Below are positions 26,487-36,220 of a stretch of 64,000 bases of DNA, piece by piece. The position numbers and the translations under genes were made by a program. A model generated the notes under the pieces. That model worked only from the letters and a program-made list of their open reading frames with translations, was not told the DNA's origin and ran no database searches. How positions within the stretch are numbered: position 1 is the first letter of the stretch; each line of letters begins with the position of its first letter. Source of the stretch: an uncultured Clostridia bacterium (GTDB taxonomy: Bacteria > Bacillota > Clostridia > Christensenellales > Borkfalkiaceae); assembly GCA_944341075.1 (NCBI GenBank), contig CALVLV010000004.1, forward strand, positions 3,829 through 67,828, written 5' to 3'.

Positions 26487-26810
26487 TTTGAGGGGCCTTC
26501 TCGCGCGGCGTGCGGTAAATTACCGCCGCGCTCGGTCACCGCAAATGCCTTGAATATGCATTTGCTCATCTCGCACCACGCAAACAGCGCGTATGTGCTG
26601 TTTGCAGAAATGTGTTGCGTCCCTCTTTGCGCAATCTTTAGTGCCCACGAAGTGTATAATTGCGCAAATTCACCCTGCTGCGCGAGGGCTTTGCCCGCTG
26701 CCCTGCCGAGGGTTCCCTTTGGGAAACGGCAGATGCGCAGGTATGCGCAAATTGTGTCCTGCTGCGGCGGCATAGCCGCCTTGCGACATTATTTATTTCA
26801 GAAAAATAAT
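26487..26810 (-). repeat. Composite repeat, type I long form (diverged paralogue of 5764-6086)
   Basis: Same module order as 5764-6086: M3 GCGCGGCG..CGCCGCGC (26503-26531), GCAAATGC..GCATTTGC, GCAAACAGC..GCTGTTTGC (26580-26605) and reversed L (26627-26670; stem TTGCGCAAT/ATTGCGCAA). These are followed by the CTGCCGAGGGTTCCC..GGGAAACGGCAG stem and the terminus ATTATTTATTT. Several stems differ from the 5.8-kb copy by paired (compensatory) changes. Confidence 0.85.
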
Positions 26811-26900
26811 TGTCATTTCGAGCGGAGCGAAGCGTAGTCGAGAAATCTCATCCGCATTTGGAGCGCCTTTAATGCGACAAGCATCAAGGGGCCTGGCTGC
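26810..26900 (+). repeat. S module plus M6 hairpin
   Basis: TTGTCATTTCGAGCGGAGCGAAGCGTAGTCGAGAAATCTC, followed by GGAGCGCCTTTAATGC-GACAA-GCATCAAGGG. The latter matches the reverse complement of 59239-59267. Confidence 0.75.
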
Positions 26901-26985
26901 GCTCAATTGCTTTAAAATACAACAAAAATTCAAAAGGGCGGCATATATGCCGCTATTGCTTTAATAAAATAAGGGCGGTGTATCT

Positions 26986-27825
26986 ATGCTGAGAAAATTT
27001 TATAAGATGCAGGGAATAGGCAACGACTATATCTATTTCGACTGCATGCACGAGGACTTACCCAACCCGGGAGAGCTGTCTATAAGGCTTTCAGACAGGC
27101 ACTTCGGCATAGGCGGCGACGGCGTTATTCTGCTGCGCCCCTCGCAGGTTGCCGACTGCCGCATGAGCATGTTCAACCGCGACGGCTCCGAAGGCAAAAT
27201 GTGCGGCAACGGAATAAGGTGCGTGGGCAAGCTTGCGCACGATTTGGGCTACGTAAAGGGCGACAGCGTGTGCATTGAAACGCTGTCGGGCATAAAGATG
27301 CTGGCGCTCAACAAGGACGCAAGCGGCAAGGTGTGCTCTGCAAAGGTGGATATGGGCGCGCCCGTGCTTGAAGGCAGCGCCATTCCCAGCCTTATTCAGG
27401 GCAAAACGGTGGTAAACGTTCCCGTGGAGGCGGACGGGAGGACTTTTGGCGCCACCCTCGTTTCCATGGGCAACCCGCACTGCGTCATATTCGAAAACCC
27501 CGACTCGGTGGGGCTTGAGCACTACGGCCCGCTCCTTGAAAATCACAAGATCTTCCCGGAGCGCATAAACGTTGAATTTGTGCGCGTTATCGACCGCTAC
27601 AGGCTTAAAATGCGCGTGTGGGAGCGCGGCAGCGGCGAAACGCTCGCCTGCGGCACGGGCGCGTGCGCCTCGGCGGTGGCGGCCGTACTCAACGGCTTCT
27701 GCGATAAGAATACCGAAATTTCGGTATACCTCCTCGGCGGCGAACTGCGCATAACATATACCGACCAGACTGTGTATATGGAGGGCCCCGCAACGCTTGT
27801 ATTCACGGGCGAAGTGGAAATTTAG
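26986..27825 (+). CDS. dapF: Diaminopimelate epimerase
   Basis: F(Y)KMQGIGNDYIYFD, MCGNGIRCV and ETLACGTGACA (the two catalytic Cys motifs). 279 aa. Confidence 0.95.
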   Translation: MLRKFYKMQGIGNDYIYFDCMHEDLPNPGELSIRLSDRHFGIGGDGVILLRPSQVADCRMSMFNRDGSEGKMCGNGIRCVGKLAHDLGYVKGDSVCIETLSGIKMLALNKDASGKVCSAKVDMGAPVLEGSAIPSLIQGKTVVNVPVEADGRTFGATLVSMGNPHCVIFENPDSVGLEHYGPLLENHKIFPERINVEFVRVIDRYRLKMRVWERGSGETLACGTGACASAVAAVLNGFCDKNTEISVYLLGGELRITYTDQTVYMEGPATLVFTGEVEI

Positions 27826-27923
27826 CCTGCAGTATAGCGCAGACAGGCAGGCTGAATTTTGGCTTGATAGGCGCATATGTGCGCCTCAATTAATTGCCGA
27901 GCACTGAAATTAATTTATATTTA

Positions 27924-27962
27924 AAGCGCGCCGCGCGGGGCAACAGCCCGCGCGGCGCGCTT
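27924..27962. terminator. Bidirectional terminator between convergent dapF and gltS
   Basis: AAGCGCGCCGCGCGGG-GCAACA-GCCCGCGCGGCGCGCTT, a 16-bp stem with T-rich flanks on both strands. Confidence 0.8.
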
Positions 27963-28032
27963 GCTTTTATATATCTGCAAACAATTGATATTCAGGCTTT
28001 GATTGAATATAAATATCGTTTTAACGGTAAAA

Positions 28033-28092
28033 TTATTCCCGCTATACTGTAAGGGCTCAATGAGAACCCGGTTTAAAACAGGGATATCACGG
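28033..28092 (+). repeat. Solo L-like hairpin, twin of the rnj leader element
   Basis: TATACTGTAAGGG (28043-28055) and GGGATATCACGG (28081-28092) match 3370-3382 and 3392-3403. An extra near-palindrome AACCCGGTT is inserted in the loop. It lies between the gltS stop (28109) and the terminator, so it sits in the gltS 3' UTR or is read antisense. Confidence 0.45.
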
Positions 28093-28108
28093 CACCAACT
28101 GCAAAAAG

Positions 28109-29653
28109 TCAGCTCTCGGCAACATCGCCGCCTTCGGCAGGCCCTGCGTCGCAACCGTCGTCGCCGCCTTCGGCTGCACATGGCCCGTCGGTTCCTTCGG
28201 CCGCGCCGGCTGTTTCCGCGCCTTCGCCCCCGTGCTTTGCAAGATAGCGAGTGTACGTCTTTTTAAATATTGTCCGCCTGAACAGCAGAATGTTCAGCAC
28301 AACAAAGCATACGCCCACGACTATACACGTTATAAGCGCCGCAAGGTTGCTCGTCGCCGCATACGGCGCAAGGAACATGAGCGGGAAGCCGAACACTATT
28401 GCGGGCAGGCTTTGGTAAACAAGGTTTTCGCTGGCGGGCGTGCGGTAACTGCCGTCTACCTCGCGCAGCAGTATCATGCCCGTGCTCGCCGTGCCCGTAA
28501 GCATGCCGAAGAATGCAAGGAACTGCTCGTGCCTGTACGAAGGGAACAGCTTTTTGCTTACAAAGTTTACGTACACAAAGGTGACTATTGTGCCATATAC
28601 GGCCATTATCAGCAGCACCGCCCAATACTCTGCAATTAGTGGAAGTTTAATTGCGGCAACGCCCGCAACTATCATTATGTCGAAGGCAAGGCCGCTTATC
28701 CTGTCCATCATGTAGTTGTTTATTATGCGCTTTTTAACTATTCCCTTGTCGTACAGCTTGTTGAGTATGGCCTTTGCGGGCACCGTAAGCAGTACGCCTA
28801 TAAGGAAGTTGAAGCCGAACAGCGTGTCTGCAAGCGAGGGTATCAGCGCCGAAAGCCCGTACATTATGCCGAAGGATATGGCGTATACGACCAGCACTAT
28901 GGCAAACTGAACGGTCATTTTGTCTATGGAAGAAACGGATGGCAGCTCGTTTTCGTCCTCGTAGTCGGCAAGGGTGTTGCGGCGCTGGGTGGTATCTATC
29001 TTTATAAGCCCCTTGCGGCGCATTACGTTTATGTATATAACGCCGCCTATGCAGGCTACCAGAAAGCCGAGTGCGGCTATCGTCAGGCCGAAGTGGTCGC
29101 CGCCTTCAAAACCATAGGTTTCTTTGTATATATTGCCGTAGTTGAGCGCCTGTCCCGTGCCCTGGCCGAAGCCGAAGGCGAGCAGTATGCCCGCGGCCGA
29201 AATCATTCCGTCGGTGTGCAGCGCCCACACGGCTATTATCGTTATAATAAGCCCGCCGAACGCCTGTATCAGGTAGCCGTTAACCGTCACCACGCCCGAA
29301 TCGAATATCTCGGCGGCGCGCTTTTTGGTGAACTTCTTTTTTGAATTGCGCATGCCGGACGCCACAAAGCCAAGTCCCAGGCAGTGGTAGGTTATCATCT
29401 CCAGCATATCCATGCCAGAGACGCCTTCGGAACCGTCGCCGAACACCGGCAGTTCAAACAGATAATTTCCCGCGGCAAAGTAAACAATGGTAGAAATAAT
29501 AAGCAGCAGTATGCCGCCGAGCACCGAAACGGGTATAAGCGTCTTTTGTAAAAAGGGTATAAAGTGTTTCAGCGCGGCGGCCACAAGCATGCTTGCAAGC
29601 AGTGCGGCGAACACCATTATGAACGTCCACACTCCAAGCTCGGCAAAACTCAT
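28109..29653 (-). CDS. gltS: Sodium/glutamate symporter family (GltS/ESS) protein with an acidic Gly/Ala/Glu C-terminal tail
   Basis: Polytopic membrane protein. FIPFLQKTLIPVSVLGG, GFGQGTGQA and MLTGTASTG resemble E. coli GltS segments as I recall them. ATG 29653 is preceded by GGAGGA at 6 nt. The track start at 29671 is a TTG. Confidence 0.65.
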   Translation of the reverse strand: MSFAELGVWTFIMVFAALLASMLVAAALKHFIPFLQKTLIPVSVLGGILLLIISTIVYFAAGNYLFELPVFGDGSEGVSGMDMLEMITYHCLGLGFVASGMRNSKKKFTKKRAAEIFDSGVVTVNGYLIQAFGGLIITIIAVWALHTDGMISAAGILLAFGFGQGTGQALNYGNIYKETYGFEGGDHFGLTIAALGFLVACIGGVIYINVMRRKGLIKIDTTQRRNTLADYEDENELPSVSSIDKMTVQFAIVLVVYAISFGIMYGLSALIPSLADTLFGFNFLIGVLLTVPAKAILNKLYDKGIVKKRIINNYMMDRISGLAFDIMIVAGVAAIKLPLIAEYWAVLLIMAVYGTIVTFVYVNFVSKKLFPSYRHEQFLAFFGMLTGTASTGMILLREVDGSYRTPASENLVYQSLPAIVFGFPLMFLAPYAATSNLAALITCIVVGVCFVVLNILLFRRTIFKKTYTRYLAKHGGEGAETAGAAEGTDGPCAAEGGDDGCDAGPAEGGDVAES

Positions 29654-29728
29654 AGCTTGTCCTCCATACAAAATTATTTGGTTTTAATCTATATATTCGT
29701 CATCAGGCGTTGTTTTCCTGCGCCTGTG

Positions 29729-30970
29729 CTACGGCGTTGCCGCTTCGCAATTTTCTTCGGCTGCAGTATGTTCTGCCGCCCTCTCTGCGGCGCGCAGCCC
29801 GTCAAAGGCGTGCACATACTTTATCGCGCAGAAGCGCTCGTCTCCCTTGACCTGCAATATCTTGCCGTTGCAGTAAAAATTGAACTTCTTTTTGCCTACC
29901 GCGGTGATCGCGTCTATATCTTCAAGCGGGTAAACGTATTCCGTCCCGCCGCCGCTTATCTTCAGTTCGCGGGCGTTCATCTCCACGCGGTCGCCGCCAA
30001 GCTTTATTTTGTTTTTCAGCTTTACGCTCTCGCGGAAGAGTATGCCGTCGTCGGCTATCGTTTCGCCTGCGGCAACGCGGCGGACTATCTCTTTCCGCTC
30101 CCATTCAAACCAGCCGTAAACTTCGTCGTAGCCGCATATGGGCGGGTCAATTTTAAGTTTTTCGGTATATTCGGCCTCGGCGCCGCACTTGGTGCAGCCG
30201 AAATTTGCCCCGTGCGAACGTATGGTGCCTATGGCCCCGCATTTGGGGCACATGTAAAGGGCGCGCTCTATGTATTCCGCCCTGCGCGGGCTGAAGTAGC
30301 TTTCGCCCGAGGCGACGTCGTTCACGTCAAGCTCGCGCTTTATAATTTCAAACAGCTCGGCAACGGACATGTTTTTGTATTCGTCGGGGTATATTATGCG
30401 CTTAACGTGCCCCACATATTTTGTGCCTTTGCGTATTTTGGCGCCCCACCTGGGGTCGGTGCCGTAGCCGCCGCACAGGTTGTATAAAACAAGCGGCACC
30501 TTAGAAAGTTTTACAAGCTTTGCTGCGGAATCTGCCATTTCCCACTGCCTGCCGCTCAAAGTGCGGTTGCCTTCGGGCGCTATGCACACCGCGCCGCCCT
30601 CTTTGAATACGCGCAGCGCTATTCTCACGGCCTCCATGTCTGAAACCGATTTGCTCTTGGGTATGGGGTTCACAAGGTAGCGTATCAGCGGCGATACCTT
30701 AAGGTTGAACAGGTCGTCTGAGGCAAAAAAGTACAGGGGGAATTTAAAGGAATCTGCCACAAAGAAGGGATCCATCGTCGCCTGATGGTTGTGCAGTATC
30801 AGGCAGGGGCCGCTTTTTATGGGTGCGGGTTCTGCCACATAGTTGTAGCGCAGTTTAAAAAAGGGTGTCATTACGGCGCGCAGAAAGGCAAATACCCTTC
30901 TGTGTCTGCCGCAAGTCCACCCTTTGCGTTTCTTTTCAGTTTTTTGTTTTCCGTCATCCGTCTGTTTCAT
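29729..30970 (-). CDS. Lysophospholipid/glycerol-3-phosphate acyltransferase family (PlsC-like) protein with a C-terminal Cys4 zinc-ribbon region
   Basis: HX4D motif (HNHQATMD), the PEGNRT motif and CPKCG..CTKCG. GGAGA lies 6 nt upstream of the ATG. Confidence 0.75.
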   Translation of the reverse strand: MKQTDDGKQKTEKKRKGWTCGRHRRVFAFLRAVMTPFFKLRYNYVAEPAPIKSGPCLILHNHQATMDPFFVADSFKFPLYFFASDDLFNLKVSPLIRYLVNPIPKSKSVSDMEAVRIALRVFKEGGAVCIAPEGNRTLSGRQWEMADSAAKLVKLSKVPLVLYNLCGGYGTDPRWGAKIRKGTKYVGHVKRIIYPDEYKNMSVAELFEIIKRELDVNDVASGESYFSPRRAEYIERALYMCPKCGAIGTIRSHGANFGCTKCGAEAEYTEKLKIDPPICGYDEVYGWFEWERKEIVRRVAAGETIADDGILFRESVKLKNKIKLGGDRVEMNARELKISGGGTEYVYPLEDIDAITAVGKKKFNFYCNGKILQVKGDERFCAIKYVHAFDGLRAAERAAEHTAAEENCEAATP

Positions 30971-31218
30971 TTATTTCTCCGATCACCTCACGGGCACATG
31001 CTCCCGCGCCCTTATATGTTATAACAGAATTATTATAGCAAAAATTTTGCGCAATGTCAACGGCGGCGGGGCATACACGCGCCGCAGGGGCGCCTGCGCG
31101 TGTATTTTTTTGCATGTTGAACAAGCCGTCCGCGCTTTCGTCCGCAGTACCTTCTCGCCGCGGCGGGCGACGCGGGCGGCAATGTAAAAAATAAGTAAAA
31201 ATTAATGTCGATTTGCGG

Positions 31219-31247
31219 TTGCCTTAAGGCAAGGCGTGTGGTATAAT
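31219..31247 (+). promoter_or_regulatory. Sigma-A promoter of pyrG
   Basis: TTGCCT, a 17-nt spacer, then TATAAT with TGg (extended -10). The leader carries a tandem GCAGATTATACA x2 (31252-31276) and the CCCGCG-GGT-CGCGGG hairpin. Confidence 0.7.
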
Positions 31248-31319
31248 GTACGCAGATTATACAAGCAGATTATACATACAGCGCGCAGGCCCGCGGGTCG
31301 CGGGCGGGGAGAAAGGTTT

Positions 31320-32924
31320 ATGACAAAGTACATTTTCGTTACGGGCGGCGTAGTTTCCGGCCTCGGCAAGGGCATCACGGCGGCATCACTCGGCAGGCTT
31401 TTAAAGTGCAGGGGGTATAAGGTGGCTTCGCAGAAGCTCGACCCCTACATAAACATAGACCCCGGCACGATGAGCCCCTATCAGCACGGCGAGGTGTTCG
31501 TAACCGACGACGGCGCCGAAACCGACCTCGACCTCGGCCACTACGAAAGGTTCATAGACGAAAATCTGAATAAATACTCCAACCTTACCACGGGCAAGGT
31601 GTATTGGAACGTTCTCAACAAGGAGCGCAACGGCGAATACCTCGGCCAGACGGTGCAGGTAATTCCCCACATAACCGACGAAATAAAGACCTTTATATAC
31701 AACGTTGGCAAGACCACGGGCGCAGACGTGGTGATAACCGAAATAGGCGGCACCATCGGCGACATCGAAAGCCAGCCCTTCATAGAGGCGATAAGGCAGG
31801 TCGCGCGCGAAGTAGGCAGGGACAACTGCTGCTTTATACACGTAACGCTGGTGCCCTATATATCGGGCTCGGAAGAGTTCAAGTCCAAGCCCACCCAGCA
31901 CTCGGTAAAGGAGCTGCAGGGCATGGGCATCTCGCCCGACATAATAATCGCGCGCGTAGACAAGCACCTGCCCAAGGACGTGCGCGCAAAGATTTCAATG
32001 TTCTGCAACGTCGCCCCCGAGTGCTGCATAGAAAACCTCACCCTTCCCGTGCTCTACCAGGCGCCCATAATGCTGGAAAAGAGCAACTTTTCAAAGATAG
32101 TCTGCCAGCGGCTGAAGCTTGACCCCAGGGTGATAGATCTTACCGAATGGAACAAGATGCTCGCCCGCATAGACGCGCGCGACAAGACTGTTAAAATAGC
32201 GCTGTGCGGCAAGTATGTGCAGCTGCACGACGCATACCTCTCCGTGGCGGAAGCGCTGGCGCACGCCGGCTACGAAAACGCCGCCAAGGTGCAGATAAAG
32301 TGGGTGGACAGCGAAACCGTCACCGAAGATAACGCCGCCGAAGTGCTCGGCGACTGCGACGGCGTGCTCGTCCCCGGCGGGTTCGGCAACCGCGGCATAG
32401 AGGGCAAAATAGCGTGCGCAAAGTACGCGCGCGAAAACAACGTGCCCTACCTCGGCATCTGTCTGGGCATGCAGACGGCGGTGGTGGAATTTGCCCGCAA
32501 CGTGCTCGGTTATAATGACGCAAACTCTTCGGAGTTCGACCCCGAAAGCGCGCACTGCGTTATAGACCTGATGCCCGACCAGCACGGGGTCAAGATGGGC
32601 GGCACCATGCGCCTGGGCGCATATCCCTGCAAGGTGCTGGGCGAAAAGATGAAAAAGGCGTACGGCAAGGACGAAATTTCCGAACGCCACCGCCACAGAT
32701 ACGAATTCAACAACGAATACCGCGAACAGGTGGAAAAGGCCGGCATGAAGATTGCCGGCACTTCCCCTTCGGGCCTTCTGGTGGAGGCGGTGGAGATACC
32801 CGCAAACGACTTTTATGTGGGCGTGCAGTTCCACCCCGAATTCAAGTCGCGCCCCCAGTCGGCGCACCCGCTGTTCCGCGACTTTATAGCCGCGGCGGTA
32901 AAGTACAATAAAAAGAAGCGCTGA
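31320..32924 (+). CDS. pyrG: CTP synthase
   Basis: [18 protein letters not shown] and the GATase domain GICLGMQ..HRHRYE. GGGAGAAAGG lies upstream of the ATG. The ORF track start at 31236 overlaps the promoter. Confidence 0.95.
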   Translation: MTKYIFVTGGVVSGLGKGITAASLGRLLKCRGYKVASQKLDPYINIDPGTMSPYQHGEVFVTDDGAETDLDLGHYERFIDENLNKYSNLTTGKVYWNVLNKERNGEYLGQTVQVIPHITDEIKTFIYNVGKTTGADVVITEIGGTIGDIESQPFIEAIRQVAREVGRDNCCFIHVTLVPYISGSEEFKSKPTQHSVKELQGMGISPDIIIARVDKHLPKDVRAKISMFCNVAPECCIENLTLPVLYQAPIMLEKSNFSKIVCQRLKLDPRVIDLTEWNKMLARIDARDKTVKIALCGKYVQLHDAYLSVAEALAHAGYENAAKVQIKWVDSETVTEDNAAEVLGDCDGVLVPGGFGNRGIEGKIACAKYARENNVPYLGICLGMQTAVVEFARNVLGYNDANSSEFDPESAHCVIDLMPDQHGVKMGGTMRLGAYPCKVLGEKMKKAYGKDEISERHRHRYEFNNEYREQVEKAGMKIAGTSPSGLLVEAVEIPANDFYVGVQFHPEFKSRPQSAHPLFRDFIAAAVKYNKKKR

Positions 32925-33026
32925 AAAGATCCATGCGGTGAAGTTGTATGTTTAAAACCCGTGGTTTTACAACCTGACATCTTTGCCTGTATAACGGAAT
33001 AAAATGATAGTACCAAAGGGTACGTT

Positions 33027-33058
33027 GCGGCGCGAAACACCTTCGCGCCGCCTTTTTT
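33027..33058 (+). terminator. Rho-independent terminator of pyrG
   Basis: GCGGCGCGAA-ACACC-TTCGCGCCGC followed by C and TTTTTT. Confidence 0.85.
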
Positions 33059-33140
33059 AAATATGCGCGCACGCGGTGTAAAATAAAAATTGCCCCGCAC
33101 ATATGCCGCAAACAACGCAATAAATTTTAAAGGTGTACAT

Positions 33141-34325
33141 ATGAAGCTGAACACAAATTATTCAAACGTAAGCGACAGCTACCTCTTTTCCACGATAGCA
33201 AAAAAGGTTGCGGCATATCAGGCCGCCAACCCGGGTAAAAAGGTGTTGCGCCTGGGCATAGGCGACGTAACGTTGCCGCTCGCGCCCGCGGTCATCTCTG
33301 CAATGCATGCCGCCGTAGACGAAATGGCATCTGCCGCCACGTTCCGCGGCTACGGCCCCGAACAGGGCTACGGCTTTTTAAAGGACGCCATCGCGGCGTA
33401 CTATTTAGAGCGCGGAGTAAAGCTTGACAGCGAGGAGATTTTCATCTCCGACGGCGCCAAGTCCGACCTCGGCAACATACTCGACATCTTCTCGCAGGAC
33501 AACACGGTGCTCATTCCCGACCCGGTATATCCCGTATATGTGGACACCAACGTGATGGCGGGCAGAAAGATAGTGTACATGAACGCCACGGCTGAAAACG
33601 GTTTTTTGCCCATGCCCGACTATTCGGTGGATGCAGACATAATCTACCTGTGCTCGCCCAACAACCCCACGGGCGCGGCGTACACCGTGGCACAGCTTGA
33701 AGAGTGGGTGAAGTACGCGCTTGAAAAGGACGCGGTCATCTTGTACGACGCCGCCTACGAATGTTTTATAGAGGGAAACTCCGCCGCCCGCTCGATATAC
33801 CTTGTAAAGGGGGCGGAAAAGTGCGCAATAGAGTTCTGCTCGTTTTCAAAAATGGCGGGCTTTACGGGAACGCGCTGCGGCTGGACGGTAGTCCCCGCGC
33901 AGCTTGTAAGCGGCGGCCTTTCGGCGCACAAAATGTGGCTCAGGCGCCAGACCACCAAGTTCAACGGCGTGCCCTATATAGTACAGCGGGGCGCGGCGGC
34001 CGTGTTCACGCCCGAAGGGCGCGCGCAGACAGCCGAAAACCTGAACTATTACAAACAGAATGCAAAGATTATAGCCGAAGGCCTCAAACAGCTGGGCATA
34101 ACCTTTTTCGGCGGCGAAAGTTCGCCCTATATCTGGATGCAGTGCCCGCACGGCATGACCAGCTGGCAGTTCTTCGACTACCTGCTTGAAAACGCTCAGG
34201 TGGTGGGAACGCCCGGCGCGGGCTTCGGCGTAAACGGCGAGGGCTTTTTCCGCCTTACGGCGTTCGGCAGCAGGCAGACCACGCAGGAAGCCGTGGAGAG
34301 GATCAAGGCCCTGCTCGGCAAATAA
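33141..34325 (+). CDS. dapL: LL-diaminopimelate aminotransferase
   Basis: MKLNTNYSNVSDSYLFSTIAKKV.., a fold-type I aminotransferase with SFSKMAGFTGTRCGW (PLP lysine). This N-terminal pattern and the ~394 aa length are typical of DapL. AAAGGTG lies upstream of the ATG. Confidence 0.85.
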   Translation: MKLNTNYSNVSDSYLFSTIAKKVAAYQAANPGKKVLRLGIGDVTLPLAPAVISAMHAAVDEMASAATFRGYGPEQGYGFLKDAIAAYYLERGVKLDSEEIFISDGAKSDLGNILDIFSQDNTVLIPDPVYPVYVDTNVMAGRKIVYMNATAENGFLPMPDYSVDADIIYLCSPNNPTGAAYTVAQLEEWVKYALEKDAVILYDAAYECFIEGNSAARSIYLVKGAEKCAIEFCSFSKMAGFTGTRCGWTVVPAQLVSGGLSAHKMWLRRQTTKFNGVPYIVQRGAAAVFTPEGRAQTAENLNYYKQNAKIIAEGLKQLGITFFGGESSPYIWMQCPHGMTSWQFFDYLLENAQVVGTPGAGFGVNGEGFFRLTAFGSRQTTQEAVERIKALLGK

Positions 34326-34354
34326 TGCCCGCATCTACTCTCAGGGAGAAAATA

Positions 34355-35863
34355 ATGGATAAACGCAGGTTTAAGCGCGGCGCAGGCGTGCTGTGCCACA
34401 TATCGTCGCTGCCCGGCCCCTACGGCATAGGTTCGCTCGGCAGCGCGGCTTATAAATTTGTCGATTTCCTTGCAAAAAGCAGGGTAAAGTATTGGCAGAT
34501 ACTTCCGCTCGTGCAGACGGGCTACGGCGATTCGCCCTACCAGTCGGTGTGCTGCAATTCTGGCAACCCCTATTTTATCGACCTTGAAAGGCTGGCAAGG
34601 GAGGGGCTGCTCACCGAAGAGGAGCTTGAAGGCGCCCGCATGCCCGCGGGCAGGGTAAATTACGGTGAGCTGTATAAAAGCAGGTACGCCACCCTGCGCA
34701 CGGCCTTTTCGCGCTTCGATATCTCAACGCCCGAATTCAAAGAGTTTGTAAACAGCGGGCTGTTTGACGACTACGCGCTGTTCATGTCGCTCAAAACGCG
34801 CTACGGCGGCACCTTCAGGGACTTCCCCAGGGCATACAAGCACAGGGAGGGGCTTGCCGTATCGGAGTTCAGGCGCAACAACTATGCAAACGAATACTGC
34901 TTCTGGCAGTTTTTGCAGTTTGAATTTATGCGGCAGTGGAAGGCGCTCAAAACATACGCAAACGCCAACGGCATACAGCTTATAGGCGATATTCCGCTGT
35001 ATGTGGCCGCCGATTCGTCGGACGTATGGGCGCACCCCGAGCTGTTCTTAGTGGATGAAGACCTGAACCCCACCGCCGTTGCGGGCGTGCCGCCCGACTA
35101 TTTTTCCGCCACGGGCCAGCTGTGGGGCAACCCGCTCTATGATTGGGACTATGCCAAAAGTACGGGCTACAGGTGGTGGATAGACCGCTTTGCGCACGCC
35201 TACGAACTTTACGATATTGTCCGCTTAGACCATTTCCGCGGATTCGACAGGTACTATGCCGTGCCTGCGGGCGCGCCCACGGCCGAAAGCGGCGAGTGGC
35301 GCAACGGCCCCGGGCTTGAGTTGTTCGAGGCCGCCGAACGCGCGCTCGGCCACCTGAACATAATTGCCGAAGACCTCGGCGTGATAGACGACGGCGTTGT
35401 GGCGCTGCGTTCGGCAACGGGCTTCCCCGGCATGAAGATAATGCTGTTCGCCTTCGACGGAAACGAGGGCAACGACTACCTGCCGCAGCACATAACCGAA
35501 AATTCGGTTACATATACGGGCACGCACGATAACGACACCGCCTACGGCTTTGTAAAGGATATGCCGCACGAACGGTTCGAACACTTTAAAAAGCTGGTGC
35601 GCGCCGCGCTCAGGTACGAAGGGGTCAGCTATCCGCTCGTCACCCGTACAGAGGCCGCCCGCGCCCTGGTAAAGTGCGCTTTGGGCTCGCGGTCAGATAT
35701 ATGCATAATTCCCATACAGGATGTGCTGGGGCTTGATAATTCCGCCCGCATGAATGTGCCCTCGGTGCCCTCGGGCAACTGGCAGTTCAGGCTGGAAGAA
35801 GTCCCCGGCAGGCAGGTTGCCGCATGGCTGCGCAACGCCGTAAAATCAAGCGCCAGGCTTTAA
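34355..35863 (+). CDS. malQ: 4-alpha-glucanotransferase (amylomaltase)
   Basis: RGAGVLCHISSLPGPYGIGSLG, WQILPL, LIGDIPLYVA, RLDHFRGF and YTGTHDNDT are GH77 signatures. AGGGAGA lies upstream of ATG 34355. Confidence 0.9.
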   Translation: MDKRRFKRGAGVLCHISSLPGPYGIGSLGSAAYKFVDFLAKSRVKYWQILPLVQTGYGDSPYQSVCCNSGNPYFIDLERLAREGLLTEEELEGARMPAGRVNYGELYKSRYATLRTAFSRFDISTPEFKEFVNSGLFDDYALFMSLKTRYGGTFRDFPRAYKHREGLAVSEFRRNNYANEYCFWQFLQFEFMRQWKALKTYANANGIQLIGDIPLYVAADSSDVWAHPELFLVDEDLNPTAVAGVPPDYFSATGQLWGNPLYDWDYAKSTGYRWWIDRFAHAYELYDIVRLDHFRGFDRYYAVPAGAPTAESGEWRNGPGLELFEAAERALGHLNIIAEDLGVIDDGVVALRSATGFPGMKIMLFAFDGNEGNDYLPQHITENSVTYTGTHDNDTAYGFVKDMPHERFEHFKKLVRAALRYEGVSYPLVTRTEAARALVKCALGSRSDICIIPIQDVLGLDNSARMNVPSVPSGNWQFRLEEVPGRQVAAWLRNAVKSSARL

Positions 35864-35914
35864 TATAATTCGTAAACCCTTTTTATTGAAATAATATTGT
35901 GAAATATATAATCG

Positions 35915-35942
35915 GCCGCCGCGGAAAATTTTCCGCGGCGGC
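35915..35942 (+). terminator. Perfect 28-nt palindrome after malQ
   Basis: GCCGCCGCGGAAAATTTTCCGCGGCGGC. There is no strong U-run after it. Confidence 0.55.
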
Positions 35943-35968
35943 ACTTATTGCGTTTAGTTGCCTTTCTT

Positions 35969-36200
35969 TTGTCATTTCGACCGAGCGATAGCGAGCGGAG
36001 AAATCTCTGCCCAATTCTTGTCCCCCTTGTGTAAAGGGGGAATTGAAGGGGGATTGTGCCTTGTTTTGAGATTTCTCCGCAGTTTCCACGCTATGCGGGA
36101 ATCATCTGCCGTTTCCCATATGGAACCCCACGGCAGGGCAGCGGCTACGCCTCGCGCGGCAGGGGGCGTCGGCTATATCTCCTCGCGCGTGTAAATGACA
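35969..36200. mobile_element. MITE-like composite bounded by inverted TTGTCATTT termini
   Basis: The left end is TTGTCATTTCGACCGAGCGATAGCGAGCGGAGAAATCTC (an S module). The right end is ..ATATCTCCTCGCGCGTGTAAATGACAA, the inverse. Inside are the TCCCCCTT-GTGTAA-AGGGGGA hairpin, a reversed S stub GAGATTTCTCCGC (36068-) and CTGCCGTTTCCCATATGGAACCCCACGGCAGGGCAGCGG. The last of these is a variant of the stem in the type I elements. Confidence 0.6.
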
Positions 36201-36220
36201 ATATGCCAATAAAAAACTTG

